NCBI GenBank assembly: GCA_937864065.1
Contig: CALMIC010000245.1
Coordinates: 1 to 44,391, forward strand
Reading direction: 5' to 3'
Length of the DNA stretch: 44,391 bases
DNA from: an uncultured Cellvibrionales bacterium
GTDB lineage: Bacteria > Pseudomonadota > Gammaproteobacteria > Pseudomonadales > UBA7239
The notes under the pieces: generated by a model
The model's database searches: none
Seen by the model: only the letters and a program-made list of their open reading frames with translations
Told to the model about the DNA's origin: nothing
Translations under genes and position numbers: made by a program
In this document: positions 9,734 to 17,442 of the stretch, in pieces
How the letters are laid out: the number at the start of each line of letters is the position of its first letter
Numbering within the stretch: position 1 is the first letter of the stretch

Positions 9734-11269
9734 ATGACCCAGCCCCCCAAACCCCTCGTGCTCGTGATCCTCGACGGTTTCGGCTACCGCGAAGAAAAGG
9801 AGGACAACGCCATCGCCGCCGCCCGCAAGCCCGTCTGGGATGCCCTGTGGCGCGACTGCCCGCACAGCCTGGTCTCCGGTTCCGGGCTGGATGTCGGCCT
9901 GCCGGACGGCCAGTTCGGCAACAGCGAGGTCGGCCACATGACGCTGGGCGCCGGCCGCATCGTCTGGCAGCAGCTGACGCGTATCGACAAGGACATCGCC
10001 GACGGCACCTTTTTCCACAACCCGGCCTACTGTGCGGCCATTGACCAGGCGGTCGCCGCCGGCAAGGCCGTGCACGTGTGGGGCCTGCTCTCCCCGGGCG
10101 GCGTGCACAGCCACGAGAACCACATCCTGGCCATGCTCGAAATGGCCGTGCAGCGCGGCGCGAAGCAGGTCTACCTGCACGCTTTCCTCGATGGCCGCGA
10201 CACGCCGCCGCGCAGCGCCGAGGCCTCGATCCGGCTGGCACAAGACAAGCTCGATGCCCTCGGTACCGGCCGTTTCGCGTCGATCTGCGGCCGCTACTAC
10301 GCCATGGACCGCGACAAGCGCTGGGAGCGGGTCGAACCCGCCTATGACCTGCTGACCCAAGGCGTGGCCGACTACCGCGCCGCGACCGCCGCCGAGGGCC
10401 TCGCGGCCGCCTATGCCCGCGCCGAGAATGACGAATTCGTCAAGCCGACCGTGATCGGCGAACCGGTGACACTGGACGATGGCGACGTGGTGATCTTCAT
10501 GAACTTCCGCGCCGACCGCGCCCGCCAGATCACGCGCGCCTTCACCGATCCCGGCTTCAGCGGTTTCACGCGCAAGAAAACGGTCGCCCTCGGCAGCTTT
10601 GTGCAGACAAGCGAGTACGCCGCTGACATCCCCGCGCCCTGCGCCTACCCGCCGGAATCCATGAGCAACTCACTCGGTGAATACCTCGGCAAGCTCGGCA
10701 AGACGCAGCTTCGCATCGCCGAGACCGAGAAATACGCCCACGTCACCTTCTTCTTCAGCGGCGGCCGGGAGGAGCTGTTCCCCGGCGAAACGCGCATCCT
10801 GGTCGACTCGCCCAGGGTCGCCACCTATGACCTGCAGCCGGAAATGAGCGCCTACGAAGTGACCGACAAACTGGTGGCAGCGATCGGCAGTGGCCAGTAC
10901 GACGTCATCATCTGCAACTATGCCAACGGCGACATGGTCGGCCACACCGGCGTGTTCAGTGCGGCCGTGAAAGCGGTCGAGGCACTGGACCAGTGCCTGG
11001 GTCGGGTGCGCGAGGCCGTGCTGGCCGCCGGCGGGGAATGCCTTATCACCGCTGACCACGGCAACTGTGAACAGATGCACGACCACGATGCCCACCAGGC
11101 GCATACGCAACATACTTGTGAACAGGTTCCGTTTTTGTATATCGGTCACCGTTCTGTGCAGATCCGCGATGGTGGTACACTCGCCGACGTTGCACCCAGC
11201 ATGCTCGCGTTGCTGGGCTTGCCCCAGCCTGCCGAGATGGGCGGCCGCAACCTGTTGTCCATCGGCTGA
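9734..11269 (+). CDS. gpmI: 2,3-bisphosphoglycerate-independent phosphoglycerate mutase
   Basis: [24 protein letters not shown] and [12 protein letters not shown] motifs. I chose the ATG at 9734 ([15 protein letters not shown]) over the longer ORF-track start at 9659. Confidence 0.93.
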   Translation: MTQPPKPLVLVILDGFGYREEKEDNAIAAARKPVWDALWRDCPHSLVSGSGLDVGLPDGQFGNSEVGHMTLGAGRIVWQQLTRIDKDIADGTFFHNPAYCAAIDQAVAAGKAVHVWGLLSPGGVHSHENHILAMLEMAVQRGAKQVYLHAFLDGRDTPPRSAEASIRLAQDKLDALGTGRFASICGRYYAMDRDKRWERVEPAYDLLTQGVADYRAATAAEGLAAAYARAENDEFVKPTVIGEPVTLDDGDVVIFMNFRADRARQITRAFTDPGFSGFTRKKTVALGSFVQTSEYAADIPAPCAYPPESMSNSLGEYLGKLGKTQLRIAETEKYAHVTFFFSGGREELFPGETRILVDSPRVATYDLQPEMSAYEVTDKLVAAIGSGQYDVIICNYANGDMVGHTGVFSAAVKAVEALDQCLGRVREAVLAAGGECLITADHGNCEQMHDHDAHQAHTQHTCEQVPFLYIGHRSVQIRDGGTLADVAPSMLALLGLPQPAEMGGRNLLSIG

Positions 11270-11300
11270 TGCGCTGCGAACCACGAAGGAGACGCATTGA

Positions 11301-11648
11301 ATGAAGACTCGCCACCTGGTCCTGGCAGCAGCCATCGCCGCCATCGCCTGCACTGGCGCCTCAGCCGAGGCCGTCAAGAAGACGCCGGCCCGCAAGGACA
11401 AAGCCGCCGCCACCCAGCAGGTCTCGGCCTTTGACTACGAGCAGAAGATTGCCGAAATGCAGAAGTCGATTGACGAGCTGCGCACGGAAATCGACAAGAT
11501 CCGCGCCGAACGCAATGCGCTGCAGGCGAAGCTGGAGCAGTCGGATCGCGAGATCGCCAACCGCATGAAGCAGATCGAGCAGATCAAGCGGAAGCTGGCC
11601 GAGAAGCAGAAAGCCGCCGCTGCCCTGCAGGCAAAAAAAAAGAAGTGA
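11301..11648 (+). CDS. envC: EnvC (murein hydrolase activator) N-terminal fragment: signal peptide plus coiled coil, ending at a frameshift
   Basis: 115 aa with a signal peptide (LAAAIAAIACTGASA) and then a coiled coil. It stops right after the A9 run (11633-11641). AAGGAG lies 9 nt upstream of the ATG. Confidence 0.7.
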   Translation: MKTRHLVLAAAIAAIACTGASAEAVKKTPARKDKAAATQQVSAFDYEQKIAEMQKSIDELRTEIDKIRAERNALQAKLEQSDREIANRMKQIEQIKRKLAEKQKAAAALQAKKKK

Positions 11649-12730
11649 GCCAATCGATTGCCGGTCAGCGTGAGCAGATCGGCAAGCAATTGCGCGCCCT
11701 CTACCAGGCAGGCACACGCTCACAGCTCAAGCTGCTGCTGAACCAGCAGGACAGCACCGCACTGGCACGCAACCTCCGCTACTACGACTATCTGTATGCT
11801 GCCCGGCGTGAGCAGATGCAGGTCTATGTCGAGGCCATCCACCGCTTCAATGCCCTCGAGCAGGAAATCACCACGGCGGTCTCCGCCCTGCAAGCCGAAC
11901 AGGCAACGCTGGAACAGGAGCAGGCGAACCTGGTCAGCGAGCAGGAGGCGCGCCGGCAGCTGATTGCCAGTGCCGATGCCGACCTGCAGAGCAAGGGCAG
12001 CACCCTGGAACAGATGGAGCAGGATCGCCGGGCCTTGCAGAAAGTCATCGAGCGCATCGAGCGCCAGCGCGAACTGGCACGCGCCCAGGAAGAACAGCGC
12101 CAGCGCGAGGAAGCACGCCGCCGCGAACAGGAAGCGGAACAGCAGCGCCAGCTCGCCCTGCAACAGCAACAGGAACAACAGCAGCAACAGGCCCAAACAC
12201 AGGCGCAACAGGCGCAGGCCACGCCGCCGGCAGCCGAACCCGCCGCCCCGCCCCCGCAAGCACCGGAACGCCCTGCCGCGCAATCCGACTCGCCGGCCTA
12301 CAGCGCAGCCGACCTGGCCCGCCTGCAGAAAACCACCTTTGCCGCGAACAAGGGCAAGCTGCCGTGGCCCGCGCGCGGCAAGCTGGTGAGCCGTTTCGGC
12401 GAACAGCGCCAGGGCAGCGTGAACTGGGACGGCCTGCGCATCCATGCCCCTGCGGGCAGCGAGGTGCGCGCCGTGTACGGCGGTCGCGTCATGTATGCCG
12501 ACTGGCTGCGCGGCCAGGGCATGCTGCTGGTGCTGGACCATGGCGGTGGCTTCATGAGCCTCTACGCCCACAACGACGTGTTGCTGCGCGAACCGGGCGA
12601 ATGGGTACAGCCCGGCGATGCGATTGCCCGCGTCGGCAACAGCGGCGGCGAGAAGGAGCCTGCGCTGTATTTCGAAATCCGCCAGAATGGCCAGCCGGTC
12701 AACCCGCTGCCGTGGCTCGGCAAACCCTGA
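11645..12730 (+). CDS. envC: EnvC C-terminal part: coiled coil, Q/E/P-rich linker and M23/LytM domain, in the -1 frame relative to 11301..11648
   Basis: The ORF has no signal peptide. QLRALYQAG...LLLNQQD...YYDYL is collinear with the middle of E. coli EnvC. The C-terminus has LytM motifs (VLDHGGGFMSLYAHN, GNSGG, LYFEIRQNGQPVNPLPWL). Confidence 0.8.
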   Translation: MSQSIAGQREQIGKQLRALYQAGTRSQLKLLLNQQDSTALARNLRYYDYLYAARREQMQVYVEAIHRFNALEQEITTAVSALQAEQATLEQEQANLVSEQEARRQLIASADADLQSKGSTLEQMEQDRRALQKVIERIERQRELARAQEEQRQREEARRREQEAEQQRQLALQQQQEQQQQQAQTQAQQAQATPPAAEPAAPPPQAPERPAAQSDSPAYSAADLARLQKTTFAANKGKLPWPARGKLVSRFGEQRQGSVNWDGLRIHAPAGSEVRAVYGGRVMYADWLRGQGMLLVLDHGGGFMSLYAHNDVLLREPGEWVQPGDAIARVGNSGGEKEPALYFEIRQNGQPVNPLPWLGKP

Positions 12731-12740
12731 GGTATTTACC

Positions 12741-14228
12741 ATGCTGCCCGACTCCCTGCACACCGCCGAACAGACCCGCGCCCTCGACGCCGCCATCATC
12801 GCCGCCGGCACGCCCGGCATCGTGCTGATGAAGCGCGCCGCCCGCGCGGCGCTGGACGTGCTGCTGGCGCACTGGCCGGAACCAGCCGCCATCACCGTGT
12901 TCTGCGGTGGCGGCAACAACGGCGGTGACGGCTACCTGCTCGCGGCACTGGCCGCCGAGCGCGGCATCGCGGTGCAGGTGTTCGCACTGGCAGAACCGGA
13001 CACACTCAGCGGCGATGCCCGCCGCGCCTGCGAGTACGCCCGCCAGGCGGGTGTGCCGGTCGAACCCTGGCAGCCGGGCGCAGTGCTGCCGGCGACGGGT
13101 GTCATCGTCGATGCACTGCTCGGCACCGGCAGCCACGGCGCCCCGCGCGGGGCTTTCGCTGCCGCGATCGACAGCATCAACAGCAGCGGCTTGCCGGTGC
13201 TGGCGATCGACATCCCTTCCGGACTCTGCGCCAACACCGGCTGTGCACCGGGTACGGCTGTGTGCGCCGGGGTGACCGTCACCTTCATCGCCCTGAAACG
13301 CGGCCTGTTCACGGCGGATGCCCCCGACCTGACCGGCGCGATTGAATACGCCAGCCTCGACGCCGACCCCGCCCTGCTGCAAACCGACAGCGACTGCGAG
13401 CTGCTCGATCTCGCCAGCCTGCAAGCCAGCTGCCTGCCGCCGCGCCCGCGCACCGCGCACAAGGGCCTGTTCGGCCATGTGATGGTGATCGGCGGCGACC
13501 ATGGCATGGGCGGTGCCGTCGCGATGGCTGCAGAGGCGGCCGCCCGCAGTGGTTCAGGACTGACCAGTGCCGCCACCCGCCCGGAACATGTGGCAGCCAT
13601 CCTCGCCCGGCGGCCGGAGATCATGGTATCCGGGGTCACGTCCGGCCAGGCGCTGGAACCGCTGCTGGCACGGCCATCGGTACTGGTGGTGGGCCCCGGC
13701 CTCGGCCGCCGCGCCTGGGGTGAGCAGATGCTGCAGCAGGCCACGCTCTGCGGCCTGCCGCTGGTGCTCGATGCCGACGCGCTGAACATCCTCGCCGACG
13801 GCCGCGTGGTGCGCGAAGCGCGGCGCGAGCAGTGGATCCTGACCCCGCACCCGGCCGAGGCCGCCCGCCTGCTGGGCTGCTCGACTGCCGAAATCCAGGC
13901 CGACCGCTTTGCCGCTGTGCAGGCGCTGCAGCAGCGCTATGGCGGTGTCATCGTGCTGAAAGGGGCCGGCACCCTGGTCTGCGGCCCGGATGGCAGCATC
14001 GACCTCTGTGCCGGTGGCAACCCCGGCATGGCCTCGGGCGGCATGGGCGATGTGCTGGCCGGCCTGGTTGGCGGCCTCTGGGCGCAAGGCCTTAACGCCA
14101 GCGATGCCGCCCGCCTCGGCGTCTGCCTGCACGCGGAAGCGGCGGACATGGCCGCCGCAGAAAACGGCGAACGCGGGCTGCTGGCCGGCGACCTGCTGGC
14201 GCAACTGCAACCCCTCGTCAATCCCTGA
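12741..14228 (+). CDS. nnr: Bifunctional NAD(P)H-hydrate repair enzyme (epimerase/ADP-dependent dehydratase, YjeF)
   Basis: N-terminal YjeF_N (CGGGNNGGDGY) and C-terminal carbohydrate-kinase-like domain (GPGLG, GGMGDVLAG). The start is set at the ATG at 12741, 10 nt after the envC stop. Confidence 0.9.
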   Translation: MLPDSLHTAEQTRALDAAIIAAGTPGIVLMKRAARAALDVLLAHWPEPAAITVFCGGGNNGGDGYLLAALAAERGIAVQVFALAEPDTLSGDARRACEYARQAGVPVEPWQPGAVLPATGVIVDALLGTGSHGAPRGAFAAAIDSINSSGLPVLAIDIPSGLCANTGCAPGTAVCAGVTVTFIALKRGLFTADAPDLTGAIEYASLDADPALLQTDSDCELLDLASLQASCLPPRPRTAHKGLFGHVMVIGGDHGMGGAVAMAAEAAARSGSGLTSAATRPEHVAAILARRPEIMVSGVTSGQALEPLLARPSVLVVGPGLGRRAWGEQMLQQATLCGLPLVLDADALNILADGRVVREARREQWILTPHPAEAARLLGCSTAEIQADRFAAVQALQQRYGGVIVLKGAGTLVCGPDGSIDLCAGGNPGMASGGMGDVLAGLVGGLWAQGLNASDAARLGVCLHAEAADMAAAENGERGLLAGDLLAQLQPLVNP

Positions 14229-14229
14229 C

Positions 14230-14258
14230 CGGACAGGGAGGGGCTGTGCGGCTATAAT
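14230..14258 (+). promoter_or_regulatory. Possible sigma70 promoter of deaD
   Basis: A perfect TATAAT at 14253-14258 with cGGACA 17 nt upstream. It would give a leader of about 75 nt. Sequence-only guess. Confidence 0.3.
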
Positions 14259-14337
14259 GTCTGCGCCGCGCCACGCGCCCCTCCTTTAGCGCAAGAGCGC
14301 CCTTCGCCCCTTTCGGGCTTACTAGCTGGGAACCATC

Positions 14338-16443
14338 ATGACTACCGACACTACCGCGCCTGTCGCTTTCCGCGACCTGGGTCTGCCTGCTGCCATGCTC
14401 GATGTGCTGAGCAATATCGGCTACGAAACCCCTTCGCCGATCCAGGCGCAAACCATCCCGCTGCTGCTGGAGGGCCGCGACGTGCTCGGCCAGGCACAGA
14501 CCGGCACCGGCAAGACCGCTGCCTTCGCCCTGCCGGCACTGGCGCGGCTCGACCTGTCCAGCCGCCACACGCAGGTACTGGTGCTGGCGCCGACGCGCGA
14601 GCTCGCCATCCAGGTGGCCGAGGCCTTCCAGACCTACGCCGCCTTCATCCCCGATTTCCATGTGCTGCCTATCTACGGCGGCGCGAGCTACACCACGCAG
14701 TTGCGCCAGCTGAAGCACGGCGCACAGGTGGTGGTCGGCACACCGGGCCGCGTCATGGACCACATGCGCCGCGGTACGCTGGACCTGTCCAACCTGCAGT
14801 GCCTGGTGCTCGACGAAGCCGACGAAATGCTGCGCATGGGTTTCATTGACGATGTCGAATGGGTACTCGAACAGACACCGCCGGAGCGCCAGATCGCGTT
14901 GTTCTCCGCGACGATGCCGCGCGAGATCCGCCGCATCGCCCAGAACCACCTGAACGAACCGGCTGAAATCACCATCCAGCTGAAAACCACCACCGCCTCC
15001 ACGATTCGCCAGCGCTACTGGCCCGTCAGCGGCATGCACAAGCTCGATGCCCTGACGCGCATGCTGGAAGCGGAAGACTTCGACGGCATGATCATCTTCG
15101 TGCGCACGAAAACCGCCACCATCGAGCTCGCCGACAAGTTGCGCGCACGCGGCTACAACACCGCAGCCCTGAATGGCGACATCGTGCAGGCACAGCGCGA
15201 GCACACCATCGCCCAGATCAAGAGCGGCGCGATCGACATCGTCGTCGCCACCGATGTTGCCGCGCGCGGCCTCGATGTCGAGCGCATCAGCCATGTCATC
15301 AACTACGACATACCGACCGACACCGAAGCCTACGTGCACCGTATCGGCCGCACCGGTCGCGCCGGCCGCAGTGGCGACGCGATCCTGTTCGTCGCGCCGC
15401 GCGAGAAGCGCCTGCTGTTCGCGATCGAGAAAGCCACGCGCCAGCCGATCGAGCTGATGGAGTTGCCGTCAGCGAAACTGATCAACGACAAGCGCATCGC
15501 CAAGTTCAAGCAGGGCATCAGCGACGCGATCGAACAGGGCGGGCTCGACCTGTACCGCGACCTGATTGCGCAATACCAGCATGAAACCGGCGCGGAGCTG
15601 GACCTGATCGCCGCTGCACTCGCTGCCATCGCGCAGGGCGGCAGCGAACTGCTGCTCAGCGAAAAGGAACACCACCGTGCCACCGCCTTGAGTGATGACC
15701 GCCCGCCACGGCGCGAACGCCAGGAGCGCGGTGACCGCTGGGGCGATGACCGGCCGCGCGAGAAGCGGCCGCGCAGCGAGAAGCCGGCCCGCGACGTGGA
15801 ACCGGGTATGCAGCGCTACCGCATGGACGTGGGCTATGAGCACCATGTGAAGCCGGGCAATATCGTTGGCGCCATTGCCAACGAGGCGGATCTCGACAGC
15901 AAGCACATCGGCCATATCGCGATCCACGACGACTACAGCACGGTAGACCTACCGGAAGGCATGCCAGCGGAAGTGCTGCAGATGTTGAAGAAAGTGCGCG
16001 TCGCCGGCCGGCCGATGAACCTGGCACCGCTCGGTGAAGGCAAACCGGCCAGCAAGAAAAAAACCTTCCGCGAAGACAAGCCATTCCGGGAAGACAAGCC
16101 GTTCAGCGACAAGAAGCCGTTTGGCGAAAAAAAGGCTTTTGCTGACAAAAAACCTTTTGCCGATAAAAAGCCTTTCGGCGACAAGAAGCCATTTGGTGAC
16201 AAAAAGCCGTTCGCCGACAAGAAGCCCAGCGCGCGCCCGGCGACGGCGAAGCGTTTCTTTGTTGACAGCGAAACCGGCGAGATCGACGGCAACCGCGTCG
16301 ATTACGTGCCTGCGGCCGACAAGAAGAAGTCGTTCCGCCCGCGCACGCCGACCGGCTCACCACCGCCGGTGCGCTACCCCAGCGACAGCAACCGCCCGGG
16401 CGGTACATCACCCGGCGGCAAGAAACCGTTCAAGAAAAAATAA
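14338..16443 (+). CDS. deaD: DEAD-box ATP-dependent RNA helicase DeaD/CsdA with an extended repetitive basic C-terminal tail
   Basis: 701 aa with the Q motif, AQTGTGKT, DEAD, SAT and HRIGRTGRAG, then a DbpA-like region (YRMDVGYEHHVKPGNIVGAIANEA), then a KKPF-repeat tail. Confidence 0.93.
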   Translation: MTTDTTAPVAFRDLGLPAAMLDVLSNIGYETPSPIQAQTIPLLLEGRDVLGQAQTGTGKTAAFALPALARLDLSSRHTQVLVLAPTRELAIQVAEAFQTYAAFIPDFHVLPIYGGASYTTQLRQLKHGAQVVVGTPGRVMDHMRRGTLDLSNLQCLVLDEADEMLRMGFIDDVEWVLEQTPPERQIALFSATMPREIRRIAQNHLNEPAEITIQLKTTTASTIRQRYWPVSGMHKLDALTRMLEAEDFDGMIIFVRTKTATIELADKLRARGYNTAALNGDIVQAQREHTIAQIKSGAIDIVVATDVAARGLDVERISHVINYDIPTDTEAYVHRIGRTGRAGRSGDAILFVAPREKRLLFAIEKATRQPIELMELPSAKLINDKRIAKFKQGISDAIEQGGLDLYRDLIAQYQHETGAELDLIAAALAAIAQGGSELLLSEKEHHRATALSDDRPPRRERQERGDRWGDDRPREKRPRSEKPARDVEPGMQRYRMDVGYEHHVKPGNIVGAIANEADLDSKHIGHIAIHDDYSTVDLPEGMPAEVLQMLKKVRVAGRPMNLAPLGEGKPASKKKTFREDKPFREDKPFSDKKPFGEKKAFADKKPFADKKPFGDKKPFGDKKPFADKKPSARPATAKRFFVDSETGEIDGNRVDYVPAADKKKSFRPRTPTGSPPPVRYPSDSNRPGGTSPGGKKPFKKK
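16060..16227 (+). repeat. About 9 tandem 18-bp (hexapeptide) repeats inside the deaD 3' region
   Basis: FREDKP FREDKP FSDKKP FGEKKA FADKKP FADKKP FGDKKP FGDKKP FADKKP. The copies differ at synonymous sites at the DNA level. Confidence 0.85.
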
Positions 16444-16452
16444 TCACCGGCA

Positions 16453-16638
16453 TCAGGCGAATGGATTCGCCGCTTTGGCGCGCGCGGTAGCGCTGTCGAG
16501 GATCGCATGGCGCTCGGTGTTGTCGGCTAGCGACCAGCGGGTGATCTCGGCGGCACTGCGGTAGCAGCCGACGCAGACATCGTTTTCATCCAGCGCGCAA
16601 ATGGAAATGCAGGGCGATGCAATCAGCACGTCGCTCAT
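16453..16638 (-). CDS. DUF1289-family small Cys-rich protein
   Basis: 61 aa. SPCISICALDENDVCVGCYRSAAEITRW is the DUF1289 pattern. Confidence 0.8.
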   Translation of the reverse strand: MSDVLIASPCISICALDENDVCVGCYRSAAEITRWSLADNTERHAILDSATARAKAANPFA

Positions 16639-16660
16639 CGGGAACCTCTCCGGTAAACAG

Positions 16661-17323
16661 TCAATCGGGATCGGACAACCAGTCGGCCGGCGTGATGCGG
16701 CCGTTGGTTTTCTGCGCCAGCTGCTCGATGCCGGTCGAGATGTGCTGGCCCAGCACGCGGTTCATGAAATTGACGAGGATGATCGCCGTCACGCCCCAGA
16801 TCTCGTAGCCCTGCCAGTGCCAGCAGGGCACGGCGACCGAGTGGCCATTGACGGTGCCACGGTCGGTGCGGCTGCGCTCGTCGCGCAGGAAGAACTCGAA
16901 CGGCACACGGAAGATGCTGTCGAGCTCGTCAGGGTTCGGCGTGAGCGCGATGACGGGCGGGATGATGCCGACCACCGGCGTCACCTTCACGCCAAGGCGG
17001 GTGACCATCGGATCCAGCTCGCCAAGTACCTCGACCGCCGACGGCGGCAGCGCAATCTCCTCCTCGCTCTCGCGCAGGGCGGCGGCCACCACGCTGGCAT
17101 CGGTCGGGTCGATCTTGCCGCCCGGCAGGGCCACCTCGCCGCGATGGGTTTTCAGGTGCGCGGCGCGGCGCGTCAGCACCAGCTGCGGCTGCGGCTCGTC
17201 GGTCAGCGCCAGCAGCACGGCCGCCGCCGTACGGAAACTGGTCTCACGCCAGTGGTCCACGGGCTGCAGGTCGGCCATCTGTTGTCGCAGGCGGGCAAGC
17301 ATGGTGTCGGTTATCGCAAGCAT
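16661..17323 (-). CDS. nudL: CoA pyrophosphatase, Nudix hydrolase (NudL-like)
   Basis: 220 aa. It has the NuCoA motif LVLTRRAAHLKTHRGEVALPGG followed by the Nudix box (AALRESEEEIAL). Confidence 0.8.
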   Translation of the reverse strand: MLAITDTMLARLRQQMADLQPVDHWRETSFRTAAAVLLALTDEPQPQLVLTRRAAHLKTHRGEVALPGGKIDPTDASVVAAALRESEEEIALPPSAVEVLGELDPMVTRLGVKVTPVVGIIPPVIALTPNPDELDSIFRVPFEFFLRDERSRTDRGTVNGHSVAVPCWHWQGYEIWGVTAIILVNFMNRVLGQHISTGIEQLAQKTNGRITPADWLSDPD

Positions 17324-17442
17324 GGGGGGCAGGGTAGCAGAGCCGCCGCATCGGCTTAAATGGGGAAAACCGTCAGGGGTTTCAAGCCCGGACCAATGGT
17401 GCTATGGTCAAAAATAACAACAATACTTAAAAGGGATGCCCC

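Noticed and set aside
14218-15339. Long antisense or out-of-frame ORFs throughout the window. Examples: 14218-15339(-), 11720-12919(-), 20468-22012(+), 21943-22947(-), 28751-30259(-), 32505-34304(+), 34296-35591(-), 3162-3965(+), 9602-10360(-)
   Set aside because: Each one shadows a gene with clear family motifs on the other strand or frame. Their translations are Arg/Ala/Gly/Pro-rich without motifs. This is the usual stop-codon-poor shadow-ORF effect in high-GC DNA.
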